Positions 19,043 to 28,221 of a stretch of 64,000 nt of DNA are shown in pieces (within the stretch, counting starts at the first letter, position 1; the number at the start of each line of letters is the position of its first letter). Origin of the DNA: an uncultured Candidatus Cloacimonadota bacterium (GTDB lineage: Bacteria; Cloacimonadota; Cloacimonadia; Cloacimonadales; Cloacimonadaceae). A program made the position numbers and the translations under genes. A model generated the notes under the pieces. It worked only from the letters and a program-made list of their open reading frames with translations, had not been told where the DNA came from and searched no databases. The stretch is taken from assembly GCA_964631015.1 (NCBI GenBank), contig CAZVXH010000002.1, positions 36-64,035 on the forward strand, written 5' to 3'.

Positions 19043-19501
19043 ATGGAAAAGATCATCAACGTCCGCGACCACAAGCCCGGCATAGCAGCCGCGGTCCGCT
19101 ACATCCACGGCATCTGGGGCCGGCCAGAGAACCTGGATTTCTATCTGGATGCCGTGCTGCATTCGTCCCTATCGGAAAAATCCCTCCCGCGCTTCTACCT
19201 GCTTCTGGACGGAACACAGGTGGCCGGTTGTTACGCGCTGCTGACCAACGATCTGATCAGCCGTCAGGACCTCTGGCCCTGGCTGGCCTGCCTCTGGGTG
19301 GAGCCTGCCTACCGGGGCCGGGCCCTGGGTGCCAAACTGCTGGCCCACGGCGCCGCGGAAGCCGGCAGGATGGGTTGCGGCAGGCTGTACCTAACCACCG
19401 ATCATGACGGCTACTACGAAAAATACGGCTGGACCCGGATGGAGGACGGGGTCAACCTGTTCGGCGAACACGGCCGCATCTACTGGCTGGACCTGAACTA
19501 A
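19043..19501 (+). CDS. GNAT-family N-acetyltransferase
   Basis: 'LWVEPAYRGRALGAKLLAHGAAEAGRMGCGRLYLTT' is an acetyl-CoA-binding motif A. AAGGA RBS. Confidence 0.8.
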   Translation: MEKIINVRDHKPGIAAAVRYIHGIWGRPENLDFYLDAVLHSSLSEKSLPRFYLLLDGTQVAGCYALLTNDLISRQDLWPWLACLWVEPAYRGRALGAKLLAHGAAEAGRMGCGRLYLTTDHDGYYEKYGWTRMEDGVNLFGEHGRIYWLDLN

Positions 19502-19504
19502 AAG

Positions 19505-20899
19505 TTATTTCTGGAGCGTTCTGGCCTTGATCCAGGTGGTCATTTGCTCCAGCGCCACAGGCGCGAATGTCTGCTCGATCTGGGCGTATTCATCCGGATG
19601 CCCGGTCTCGCTTTCCTGAAACAGGTGGTTGAGCCCAGGGAATTCGGTCAGGGTAAAATCCCGGTTGCCCGCCAGCTCCAGCGCGGCGCCGATGGCGGGG
19701 AGGTTCAGCTGCGGGGGTACCTGCAGGTCCTTGCTGCCGTTCAGAGCCAACACCGGACAGGTCACCCGGCTCAGCCAAGCGGAGGGATCCAGCCTGATGA
19801 ATTCGAACATCCAGGGACTGGTCATGCTGTCCATCTGCATTTTGTAGAGCTCATCGTAGCTGGTGCCTTCCGGGATCGCGATCGAGCCGTCATCCATTTT
19901 TTCCTTTAAAAAAGCGCCCAGTTCTGTCTTGAGTGTTTCCAGGTCCGGGGCGTTCACAGCCAGTTCAAAGGCCGCGGCGTTCACTTCCAGCAACTGCTTC
20001 AGTTCTTCTGCTTCCATTCCGGAAACACTGTAGATGGCCTCCTCCTGCGCCAGCAGCAACTTGTCGCCGCGGATGCCCGTTCCGGCCAGCAGCACGATGA
20101 AATCGACCTCCGCGCATTCGGTGGCGGCGATGGGGGCGATGATCCCGCCTTCGCTGTGGCCCACGAGTCCGATCAGTCCAAGTTCCGGGCGGGTCTTCAA
20201 ATAGCGCACGGCGCTAACGGCGTCGGAGGCAAAATCGTAGGTGGTGCCGGTGGAAGCGTCACCGCCGGAGCCGCCCACGCCCCGGTCATCAAATCTTAAC
20301 ACAGCTATCCCGTTGCGGGTAAGGTGGTCGGCGATCACCCAAAAGGGTTTGTGTCCCATCAATTCTTCGTCCCGGTTCTGGGCGCCGCTGCCGGAGATCA
20401 GCGCCACCGCGGGAAAAATGCCTTCTCCCTCCGGCAGGGTGAGCGTTCCGGCCAGTTCGATCCCCGCTTCGGGATTGGCGAACAGCACTTCCTCAACCCG
20501 ATAACCGAAAGGCTCTTTCGGCTCCTGTGGCCTGATGTACACTGGTTTGGGGAGGGCTTCGCGCTGCAGGTCCAGCGGAGCCTCAAAGCCTGATTGCTTG
20601 AAGGTGCCCACGAACATTCCGTCTTTCAATTCGCCCGAGTAGGTGATCGGAGGAGTGTCCATCAGCAGTTCCAGGCGCGGATCGGCAAAAATGACCCCGG
20701 CCACCGGCAAGGCGAAAGCGCCCTGGTCCGGACTGTCAAGCGTGGCACTCAGTCCTTCTTCCGTGGCACTGATGTGAAAAACGAGGCGGAGCTTCTGTCC
20801 TCCCGCGTCCAGCATTCCGTTCCAATCGCCGGTGATGTCGGTGGCCGCGAACCCGGCCAGGGCCGTAAGCGCCAATAGCAGAGTGAAAATTGTCTTCAT
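19505..20899 (-). CDS. secreted alpha/beta hydrolase (464 aa)
   Basis: Signal peptide 'MKTIFTLLLALTALAGFA'. Nucleophile elbow 'GLVGHSEGG'. AAGGAGA RBS. Confidence 0.8.
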   Translation of the reverse strand: MKTIFTLLLALTALAGFAATDITGDWNGMLDAGGQKLRLVFHISATEEGLSATLDSPDQGAFALPVAGVIFADPRLELLMDTPPITYSGELKDGMFVGTFKQSGFEAPLDLQREALPKPVYIRPQEPKEPFGYRVEEVLFANPEAGIELAGTLTLPEGEGIFPAVALISGSGAQNRDEELMGHKPFWVIADHLTRNGIAVLRFDDRGVGGSGGDASTGTTYDFASDAVSAVRYLKTRPELGLIGLVGHSEGGIIAPIAATECAEVDFIVLLAGTGIRGDKLLLAQEEAIYSVSGMEAEELKQLLEVNAAAFELAVNAPDLETLKTELGAFLKEKMDDGSIAIPEGTSYDELYKMQMDSMTSPWMFEFIRLDPSAWLSRVTCPVLALNGSKDLQVPPQLNLPAIGAALELAGNRDFTLTEFPGLNHLFQESETGHPDEYAQIEQTFAPVALEQMTTWIKARTLQK

Positions 20900-20986
20900 C
20901 TTGTTCTCCTTGGCTGAATATGATCTTCATTTATGTCCTGTTTGAGAAATTCCCCGCTTGTGTCAAGCAAAACCGCAAAAAATATC

Positions 20987-21026
20987 TTGACATATTTCGG
21001 CCATTAACTAATTAGGCGCTTAATTA
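20987..21026 (+). promoter_or_regulatory. candidate promoter (TTGACA-16-TAATTA) overlapped by an 18-bp near-palindrome TAATTAGGCGCTTAATTA
   Basis: TTGACA at 20987-20992. The palindrome at 21009-21026 matches at 16 of 18 symmetric positions and lies directly upstream of the ArsR-family gene, so it is a likely autoregulatory operator. Confidence 0.4.
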
Positions 21027-21048
21027 AACACAATATAAAGGAGAAACG

Positions 21049-21321
21049 ATGTCAGATTCTTTCTACAAGGCCATCGCGGACCGCACGCGGCGGGATATTT
21101 TATCTCTACTGCGGCGCAACGGGCCGATGTCCGTGACTGAGATCGCGGGCCATTTTCCCATCAGCCTGCCGGCTCTCAGCGAACATCTGAAAGTGCTGCG
21201 CCACGCGGACCTCGTTTCCGCCCGCAAGGAAAAACAATTCGTCTTTTACAGCCTCAACACCACAGTGCTTGAGGACTTGGGCAGTTGGGTTCTGGATCTG
21301 ATCAAAAAGAGAGGAGAATGA
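21049..21321 (+). CDS. ArsR/SmtB-family (SdpR-like) transcriptional repressor
   Basis: wHTH 'RRDILSLLRRNGPMSVTEIAGHFPISLPALSEHLKVLRHADLVSARKEKQFVFYSL'. Confidence 0.85.
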   Translation: MSDSFYKAIADRTRRDILSLLRRNGPMSVTEIAGHFPISLPALSEHLKVLRHADLVSARKEKQFVFYSLNTTVLEDLGSWVLDLIKKRGE

Positions 21322-21980
21322 TGACAAGATTGAAAAAGTACAAATGGGCGTTGCTGATCCTGGTGCTGCATCTGGCCGCGGTGCTCTGGTTTGCCGGGCA
21401 ATTGCCCGAGGGGGCGAAGGTTCCCATCCACTGGAACTATCAGAACCAGATCGACGGTTGGACCAGCCGCGGCACCGGCCTCATCTGGGGGATAGGGCTG
21501 AACCTGGCGATGTTTCTGCTGCTCTATCTGCTGCACTGGTTTTCGCCTTGGTACAAGCAGTATTCCGAGCGCTTCGAAAAGATCCTGCCCCCGCTGACCG
21601 CCACGCTGCTGGCCAGTTTTTCCACCCTCAGCCTCTACAGCCTCTACGTGGCCAAATGGGGCGAAGTGCCCGGAGTGAAGCTGATCCTGATCCTCATCGG
21701 CTTGCTCTTCATCTTTTTGGGCAATTTGCTGCCGAAGGTGCCGAAGAATATGTTTGTGGGCATCCGCACGCCCTGGACCATCGCCAACGACACGGTTTGG
21801 GAAAAGACCCACCGCCTGGGCGGCTGGCTGTTCGTGCTCAGCGGCATCATCATGATCTGCAAAGGCTTTTTACTGCCCAATTCCGCGCTGTTCCAAAACA
21901 TCACCACCGTGCTGGCCTTGGGCTGCCTGCTCTATCCCCTGCTGCATTCGTTCATCCTGTATAAAAAACTGGCGCGCTGA
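21318..21980 (+). CDS. SdpI/YhfL-family membrane protein (DUF1648 + SdpI-like)
   Basis: ATGA overlap with the ArsR stop. Multiple TM helices. 'NMFVGIRTPWTIANDTVWEKTHRLGGWLFVLSG' is typical of the SdpI family. Confidence 0.75.
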   Translation: MMTRLKKYKWALLILVLHLAAVLWFAGQLPEGAKVPIHWNYQNQIDGWTSRGTGLIWGIGLNLAMFLLLYLLHWFSPWYKQYSERFEKILPPLTATLLASFSTLSLYSLYVAKWGEVPGVKLILILIGLLFIFLGNLLPKVPKNMFVGIRTPWTIANDTVWEKTHRLGGWLFVLSGIIMICKGFLLPNSALFQNITTVLALGCLLYPLLHSFILYKKLAR

Positions 21981-22075
21981 GCGGAAAGGAGGGACAGGGG
22001 ACAGGCGGAACAGCCCGGGGTTGACAGAATCCGCCCGCTGAAAAACTTCGGCAACGAAGGAATTGAATAGAATTA

Positions 22076-23464
22076 ATGAAAAAAAAGAACCTCTACACCC
22101 TGGAGGAAATGCCCGTAACCAAGGCGATCTTGCATCTCGCCCTGCCCAGCGTGCTGAGCATGCTGGTGAACATCCTGTACAACCTCACGGACACTTTTTT
22201 TATCGGCAGGCTGCACAACGAAGCCCTGGTGGCGGCGGTGTCCATCTCCTTGCCGCTCTTCACCTTGCAGATGGCAATCGCGGGCATCTTCGGAGTGGGG
22301 GGAGCCAGCTATCTCTCGCGTCTGCTGGGTAAAAAGGACTACCAGCGCGCCCGGGAAACCACCTCCACGGCCGTGTTCAGTTCCTTCGTGCTGTCTCTGG
22401 TTCTGGGCGTGGTGGGCATCCTGTGCATCCCGCTGTTTCTGAAAGCCACCGGTTCCAGTGGCGAAACGGCCGTGGCCGCCCAGCAATACATGCTTTGGAT
22501 CCTGATCGGCAGTCCTTTTGTACTGCTGAAATTCACCATGGTGCAGCTTATCCGCGGCGAAGGCGGTGCCCGCCAGGCCATGTACGGGCTGTTCATCGGC
22601 ACCGGCGCCAACATCATTTTGGACCCCGTTTTCATTTTCGGATTCAACATGGGGGTAACCGGCGCGGCCATTGCCACGGTGATCGGGCAGGGGCTGGGGA
22701 TGTGCTATTACATCTGGTATTATCGTTCCAAACACGCGGTGGCCGCGCCGGCGCTGAAGTATCTGCACCTGCGCTGGGAGATCTTCCGCGAGATCCTGCT
22801 CATTGGCATTCCGTCGTCGCTCAGCCAGGTTATGATGAGCATCGGCAACACCATTTCCTACAACCTCGCCTCGGCTTACGGAGTGAGCGCGGTAGCCTCT
22901 CTGGGCGTGGCTTCGCGGGTATTTTCGATTCCCATCTTCGTGTTCATCGGGGTTTCCATCGGCGTGCAGGCGCTGATCGGCTTCAACTATGGGGCGGGCA
23001 ACTTTCCCCGCATGAAAAAGGCCATCAGCACCGCGGTGCTGATCAATCTGAGCCTCAGCGTGGTTTTCACCCTGCTTTTTGCCCTCCTTCCCCGGCAGTT
23101 GATCAGCATGATCACCCCGATCGCCCAGACCATCGCGATCGGCCGCCAGGTGATCGGGGCCTACATTTACGCCATCCCCTTCGCCGGGGTGGGCATGGTC
23201 ATGATGACCAGCCTGCAGGCGATGGGCAAGGCCCTGCCCGCTTTCATCGTTTCCATCTCCCGGCAAGGACTGGCCTACATTCCGGCGCTGCTGGTGCTGA
23301 ACAAACTCTTCGGTTTCGACGGCCTCATCTTCGCCCTGCCTTTGGCGGACTTCTTTACCACCCTGATTTCCGGGGTCTTCGTGATCTTGATCCTCGCCCG
23401 CATCAAACACCATCCGGCGACGCCCCCGGAATTCATTCTGCCCCTGCCCGCGGATGAGATTTAA
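22076..23464 (+). CDS. MATE-family efflux transporter
   Basis: 12-TM profile. N-terminal 'ILHLALPSVLSMLVNILYNLTDTFFIGRL' is a MATE signature. Confidence 0.9.
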   Translation: MKKKNLYTLEEMPVTKAILHLALPSVLSMLVNILYNLTDTFFIGRLHNEALVAAVSISLPLFTLQMAIAGIFGVGGASYLSRLLGKKDYQRARETTSTAVFSSFVLSLVLGVVGILCIPLFLKATGSSGETAVAAQQYMLWILIGSPFVLLKFTMVQLIRGEGGARQAMYGLFIGTGANIILDPVFIFGFNMGVTGAAIATVIGQGLGMCYYIWYYRSKHAVAAPALKYLHLRWEIFREILLIGIPSSLSQVMMSIGNTISYNLASAYGVSAVASLGVASRVFSIPIFVFIGVSIGVQALIGFNYGAGNFPRMKKAISTAVLINLSLSVVFTLLFALLPRQLISMITPIAQTIAIGRQVIGAYIYAIPFAGVGMVMMTSLQAMGKALPAFIVSISRQGLAYIPALLVLNKLFGFDGLIFALPLADFFTTLISGVFVILILARIKHHPATPPEFILPLPADEI

Positions 23465-23534
23465 CGCGCCTGCAGCGATCCCCAGCGGCCTCCGCGAACC
23501 GGAAAGCGCTTAAACAAACACAAGGAGCACCACC

Positions 23535-23957
23535 ATGCCCACAGTTAACATCTATCTGAACTTCGCCGGCAACTGCCGCGAGGCCTTTGAGTTTTACCGT
23601 TCCGTCTTCGGCGGCGAATTTCCCTATGTGGGTACCTACGGCCAGATGCCCTCCCAGGAAGGAATGCCGGCCCGGCCGGAAGAGATTAGGAACCAGATCA
23701 TGCACATGTCTTTGCCCATCAGCAAAGAAACCGTGCTGCTGGGCAGCGACGCCGGCGGCGAATGGGCCCCGCCGCTTACCGTGGGAAACAACTTTTCCAT
23801 CTACGTGGGAGCGGAAGGCACCGCGGAAGCGGACCGCATCTTCGCGGCCCTGGCGGCTGGCGGCACGGTTGCCATGCCTCTGGAAAAAACCTTCTGGGGA
23901 GAGTATTTCGGTATGCTCACCGACAGATTCGGCATCAACTGGATGGTCGGCTGTTAA
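23535..23957 (+). CDS. VOC-superfamily (PhnB-like glyoxalase fold) protein
   Basis: 'YLNFAGNCREAFEFYRSVFGGE...MHMSLPI...LLGSD...MPLEKTFWGEYFGMLTDRFGINWMV'. AAGGAG RBS. Confidence 0.85.
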   Translation: MPTVNIYLNFAGNCREAFEFYRSVFGGEFPYVGTYGQMPSQEGMPARPEEIRNQIMHMSLPISKETVLLGSDAGGEWAPPLTVGNNFSIYVGAEGTAEADRIFAALAAGGTVAMPLEKTFWGEYFGMLTDRFGINWMVGC

Positions 23958-24065
23958 CCGGCACTGATCCGCCTGAGCACAATCCGCGCAGATATTTCTT
24001 GACACGCTCTGCCTCTAATTTTTTTGAACCCGAAAGCAATAATTCCTTAAAGGAGAACTTCGCAT

Positions 24066-25598
24066 ATGCCAAACGTTTCTCTGGCGCCCGACGGCACCGA
24101 ATATCAGATCCCCACTGAGGAAGAAAACGCGCGCGAACGCGAATTACTTGTAAAAATCACCGCGGAGCAGCGCGCCCTGGGCCGCAAGATCGTGGCCGTG
24201 CAAGGCCTGGGCTTTGTAGGCTGCGTGATGGCCACCGTGGTGGCCGACGCCACCGACCAGGATGGCAAGCCCTATTATTTTGTCCACGGCCACCAGCGGG
24301 CCTCCAAACGCTCGTTCTGGAAAGTCCCCGTGATCAATTCCGGAGTGCCGCCGGTCAGCTCCTCCGATCCTGAAGTTCCCCAGATCTTTCACCGCACTGT
24401 GGTGGAAAAGCAGAATTTCCGCGCCACCAGCGAAGATTCGGTTTACAACTTGGTCGACGTGGTGGTGGTGGACATCCAGCTTGACGCCACCAAGCCCTCC
24501 TTCGGCGAGGCTGAAAAAGGTTTTTGCGACCTTTTGGCCTTCCGCGAAGGGATCCGCATGCTGGGTCAGCACATCCGGCCCGACTGCCTCGTTTTGGTGG
24601 AAACCACCGTCCCGCCCGGAACCTGCGAAAAAGTGGTGAAACCCATATTGGAAGAAGAATTCACCAAACGCGGGATCGACATCGTCGCCCATCCGCCGCT
24701 CGTGGCGCATTCCTATGAACGCGTGATGCCAGGCGCCAAGTATGTGGCCTCCATCCGCGATTTCTGGCGCGTCTTTTCCGGCGTGAACCAAAAGAGCATC
24801 GACCTCTGCCGCGAATTTCTGAGCAACGTGCTGGACGTGGAAAATTTCCCGCTTACCCAGCTGGACAACACCAACGCCTCCGAACTGGCCAAAACCATGG
24901 AAAACACCTACCGCGCGGTGAACATCGCCCTCACCCTCGAGTGGGCCCGCTTTGCCGAACAGATCGGCGTGGACATCTACAAGGTGCGCGACGCCATCCG
25001 CAAACGCCAGGGCACCCACGACAACCTTCTGCGTCCCAGCCTCGGCGTGGGCGGATACTGCCTCACCAAGGACCCCGTGCTGGCCAACTGGGCCATGCAA
25101 ACCCTCTTCGGCATCGAGGGAACTTTGGGGATGGCCATCCGCAGTGTGAACATCAACGACACCATGCCGCTTCACACCATCGAACTGATCAAAACCGTGA
25201 TCCCGGAACTGAATAACCTGAACGTGGCCGTGCTGGGTGTTTCCTACCTGGAAAACGTTGGCGACACGCGGCATTCGCCCTCCAAGGTGCTGGTGGAGTT
25301 CCTGCGCAAGGAATTTGCCAAAGTGCTCACTCACGATCCTTACGTGGAAGCCTGGCCGGAACTCGACGAATCCAAGGTGGAAAGCGAACTCACCGCCGTT
25401 CTGCCCGGTGCCGACGTGGTGATCTTCGCCGTGGGTCACGACCAGTATAAGAACCTTACTCCAAACGAGGTTCTGGCGATCTGCGGAACCAAACCCCTGA
25501 TAGTGGATTGCTCGAACTTCCTCTCCGACGCGACCATTGCCGAGTACAAAAAACTCGGCTGCCTCGTCCGTGGCGTGGGCAAAGGCCACATCGTCTGA
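24066..25598 (+). CDS. nucleotide-sugar (UDP-glucose/GDP-mannose family) dehydrogenase, 510 aa
   Basis: Rossmann motif 'IVAVQGLGFVGCVMA'. Catalytic Cys context 'GVGGYCLTKDP'. AAGGAGA RBS. Confidence 0.85.
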   Translation: MPNVSLAPDGTEYQIPTEEENARERELLVKITAEQRALGRKIVAVQGLGFVGCVMATVVADATDQDGKPYYFVHGHQRASKRSFWKVPVINSGVPPVSSSDPEVPQIFHRTVVEKQNFRATSEDSVYNLVDVVVVDIQLDATKPSFGEAEKGFCDLLAFREGIRMLGQHIRPDCLVLVETTVPPGTCEKVVKPILEEEFTKRGIDIVAHPPLVAHSYERVMPGAKYVASIRDFWRVFSGVNQKSIDLCREFLSNVLDVENFPLTQLDNTNASELAKTMENTYRAVNIALTLEWARFAEQIGVDIYKVRDAIRKRQGTHDNLLRPSLGVGGYCLTKDPVLANWAMQTLFGIEGTLGMAIRSVNINDTMPLHTIELIKTVIPELNNLNVAVLGVSYLENVGDTRHSPSKVLVEFLRKEFAKVLTHDPYVEAWPELDESKVESELTAVLPGADVVIFAVGHDQYKNLTPNEVLAICGTKPLIVDCSNFLSDATIAEYKKLGCLVRGVGKGHIV

Positions 25599-25621
25599 GC
25601 TCAAAAAAATGACAGCATATA

Positions 25622-25651
25622 GGGCGGGACTCAACTCCCGCCTGTTTTTTT
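25622..25651 (+). terminator. intrinsic terminator after the dehydrogenase gene
   Basis: GGCGGGA-CTCAAC-TCCCGCC followed by TGTTTTTTT. An A-tract precedes it, so it may act bidirectionally. Confidence 0.7.
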
Positions 25652-25839
25652 GCTCACATCCGCGGACCAAAGCTCCGGCCATCCGGGAACAGGCCGCCAC
25701 GTCACCTTCTCTCCATGCTAAAATACTTGCTCCCGGCCCATTGCGATCGCAAGTTGCATTTTTCCACTTTCAGATTGACAGATATCGCCGCGTCAGCCTG
25801 AATGAAATCAAAGCTAATTTCCACTGAAGGGAGGAAATC

Positions 25840-26160
25840 ATGGCAGAACCGATACTGAGCGGTGCCGAAGCATCGCAACGGCTGGAACAGCCGCATGGAA
25901 AGAGATTCCGGATCCCCCCGGACCGGCTGCGGGGAATCCTGTCGCTGCTGCTGAAACTCTCCGCCATCCTGCCCCTGTTCTTCGCTTTCCTGACCGTTTT
26001 CACCATGGAAGACGACGACAGCCCCGGTCTTTTTTTGTTGATCCTCTGCGTGGGCGGCCTCCTCGCGCTGTTACTTTTTACCTTGGGCGAAGTAGTGACA
26101 ATATTTTCCGAGATCGCCGCCAACACCCGCCACCGGGAGCCAAATTCATCCGTAAGTTGA
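25840..26160 (+). CDS. small two-TM membrane protein (106 aa), hypothetical
   Basis: Strong GGGAGG RBS. Two hydrophobic helices 'ILSLLLKLSAILPLFFAFLTVF' and 'LFLLILCVGGLLALLLFTLG'. Confidence 0.5.
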   Translation: MAEPILSGAEASQRLEQPHGKRFRIPPDRLRGILSLLLKLSAILPLFFAFLTVFTMEDDDSPGLFLLILCVGGLLALLLFTLGEVVTIFSEIAANTRHREPNSSVS

Positions 26161-26185
26161 TCCGCAATTTCCCACCCGAAATTCC

Positions 26186-26273
26186 CCACGTGGCTCCCGA
26201 GATCAATACGGGATAAATACGGGATCAATACGGATGAAATCCGTATTGATCCCGTATTTATCCCGTATTGATC
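26186..26273. repeat. perfect 73-nt palindrome (26201-26273) with a conserved CCACGTGGCTCCCG flank, copy 1 of 2
   Basis: GATCAATACGGGATAAATACGGGATCAATACGGAT-GAA-ATCCGTATTGATCCCGTATTTATCCCGTATTGATC. A second, near-identical copy lies at 42789-42875. Confidence 0.9.
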
Positions 26274-26406
26274 TCAAGGGCCGGTTGAGAGGGTAGTTGA
26301 GTAACATGAATGATCACAGGAATATACGCTAAATCCATGAACAAGCTTTGACGACGGCAAGGCAAAAGCTTGTTAAACAATTAAATAGGGCAATTAATGG
26401 AAAATC

Positions 26407-28137
26407 CTATCTGAGTTTCACCACGCGCAGGGGGCGGCTGTTTTGGGCGGACTCGTCTTTGATGAAGTAAATCCCGGCGGGGGTTTCGGGGCTTGGCGTC
26501 CAGCTAAGTTTGCCGTCGCCTTCCAGCGTGGCGAGCTTTTGGCCTTTAAGGTTGTAAATACTGGCCCGCAGTGTTCCGCGGGCGCTTGAGGCCAGCTCAA
26601 GTTTGTCGCTGAAGGGATTGGGCCAGGCGCTGAGCCGCGCCGGCGGCAAGATCGGATCTTCCGCGGGCAGGATGGGCAGGCTGGCGTCCACTATAAAGGG
26701 CACTTGGTAACAACCAAAGCTGTGGGCGAAAGAAATGCTGCCCTGGACCAACTCGCGGAGCCCGCCTTCCACTATAGCCAATTGCACGTGCACGATCAGG
26801 CTCTGGCCGGGTTCCAGGATGCGGGGCGGGGGAGGATAAAAGCCGCATAAAACAATCGCGTCCACCACGTGGTCTGGCGTCCAGCTAATCTGTTCAATGG
26901 TCAGGCTGGTGTCGCTGATATTCACAAGTTCAAAGAGGCGTCCATTCAATACGGCTTCGTTGTTCAAAAAGAAGACCGTATCCGGAACCGCCATCAGATA
27001 CTGGCGGGGTTCGATGTCCACGATGGCGCCTTCGACCACGGTGAGGTTGTAGGGAAACTGGTCCGGCAGCAGGTACCAGCCGCTGTTGGAGCCGCCCCAG
27101 CCGAAATTGATGTGGAAGAATCCGTCGGTATTGTAGCCGTCCACCGCCACGTTGTGGCCGGCGTCTCAGGCCGGCGTAACCACGGCCAGATGGACCGGCC
27201 GGGCGTCTTTGACGTTTTGCGCCATGCGGGTGTAAAGGTCAGGAGCAGTGGCCGCGAGCAGTTCGCTGCCGCTGAAACCGAAGCGTTGAAAAGCAGCGTA
27301 GGCCTGGCTAACGGCGAAAGTGCCGCTGCCTTCGGAGGTGTAAACCTGCTCCGCGGCCACCCCGCAGGCCCAGATCAGCGCGGCGGCATCGGCGGATGTG
27401 GTGGCCTGCTGCAGGGCGTAGTGGGTGGTGAGGGTGTCCAGCGCGGAGTTGAGTTCGGCCCAGGACGGGAAATCGCGCGCGGCGTGGTCGTCATCTATCC
27501 AGAAATTGCGTCCGGCGTAGTTGTGATGATAGTCGTCGGCATCCGAAAATCTCGTTCCGTTCAGGCTTTGGTGGTAGTTGACGATCTGGGCCATGGCCAC
27601 GGCGGGACAGCCGGCCACGCTGCGCTGTCCGGAAACCGGATCGATGGGGCAATCCGCGTTGTAGGGCGCGCTCTGGTGCCATTCGGTTTTGAGCCAGCCT
27701 CCCGAGGGAGAATATCCCGGCGGCGGCCACTGCTGAAAATCGTCGCGGTCAGAAATGGGGTTTTGCCACATCCGGCGGTATCTTGACCGCTCCGCGGGAC
27801 CGGCGCCGGCCTGGCGAAAAGTAAGGTCGGCCGTGATGAGTTCCGCCAGCCAGAGATCGGTGGCGGGGTCAAAATCTGAGGTGAAAGAATAGGCCAGCAC
27901 GGGGGGAAGGTCATCCGCGGCGGCAACAACGATGTAGCCCTGAGGCTGCAGGCCGAAGATCCAGGCCAGCGGGGAATCAACTTCGCCCAGGGGACGTGGC
28001 GGCAACAGGGTTCCGCTGACTTCTAGCCTTTGCAACTGGGCGCGGGCAACACTTTCCGCCTGGGCGGTACTCACGGATTCCGCGTAAATACAGGCGCAGA
28101 GCAGGATCAGCGCCAAACCAAACAAGAGTTTTTTCAT
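26407..28137 (-). pseudogene. C10 (streptopain/SpeB-like) cysteine peptidase with T9SS C-terminal domain, interrupted by one in-frame TGA (27166-27168)
   Basis: The upstream half (27169-28137) has a signal peptide, a prodomain and the Cys motif 'AGCPAVAMAQIVNYH'. The downstream half has the His motif 'DAGHNVAVDGYNTDGFFHINFGWGG' and a T9SS C-terminal domain ('WPNPFSDKLEL...IYNLKGQKLATL...GIYFIKD'). Both halves are in the same frame: '...VHLAVVTPA*DAGHNVAVDGY...'. Confidence 0.7.
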
Positions 28138-28221
28138 GATAACGCTCCTGGATGGTAACAAAGCAGATATTGAACCAATTTGTCAAATAAGTTCCGTGGT
28201 ATGGGTTTAAACACCGTTGGA

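Noticed and set aside
22073-23413. 446-aa minus-strand ORF antisense to the MATE gene. Similar cases are 24144-25700 antisense to the dehydrogenase, 35442-37334 and 37344-38789 antisense to the PPDK-like gene, and 31787-32890 and 32915-33916 antisense to polA
   Set aside because: Low-complexity, His/Gly/Asp/Arg-rich translations with no recognisable motifs. The opposite strand carries confidently identified genes.
25770-26228. ORFs crossing the palindromic elements: the 152-aa minus-strand ORF here and the ORF at 42753-42950, which share 'IPYLSR'
   Set aside because: The shared peptide is a by-product of translating the identical palindrome. The flanking parts of the ORFs are unrelated and lack an RBS.
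27166-27168. Selenocysteine or genetic-code reassignment as the explanation for the in-frame TGA
   Set aside because: TGA ends several well-supported genes in this window. The position is not a redox-active site. Downstream there is only a 5-bp GCCAC/GUGGC hairpin, not a convincing bacterial SECIS. The idea is kept only as a low-probability alternative in the finding.
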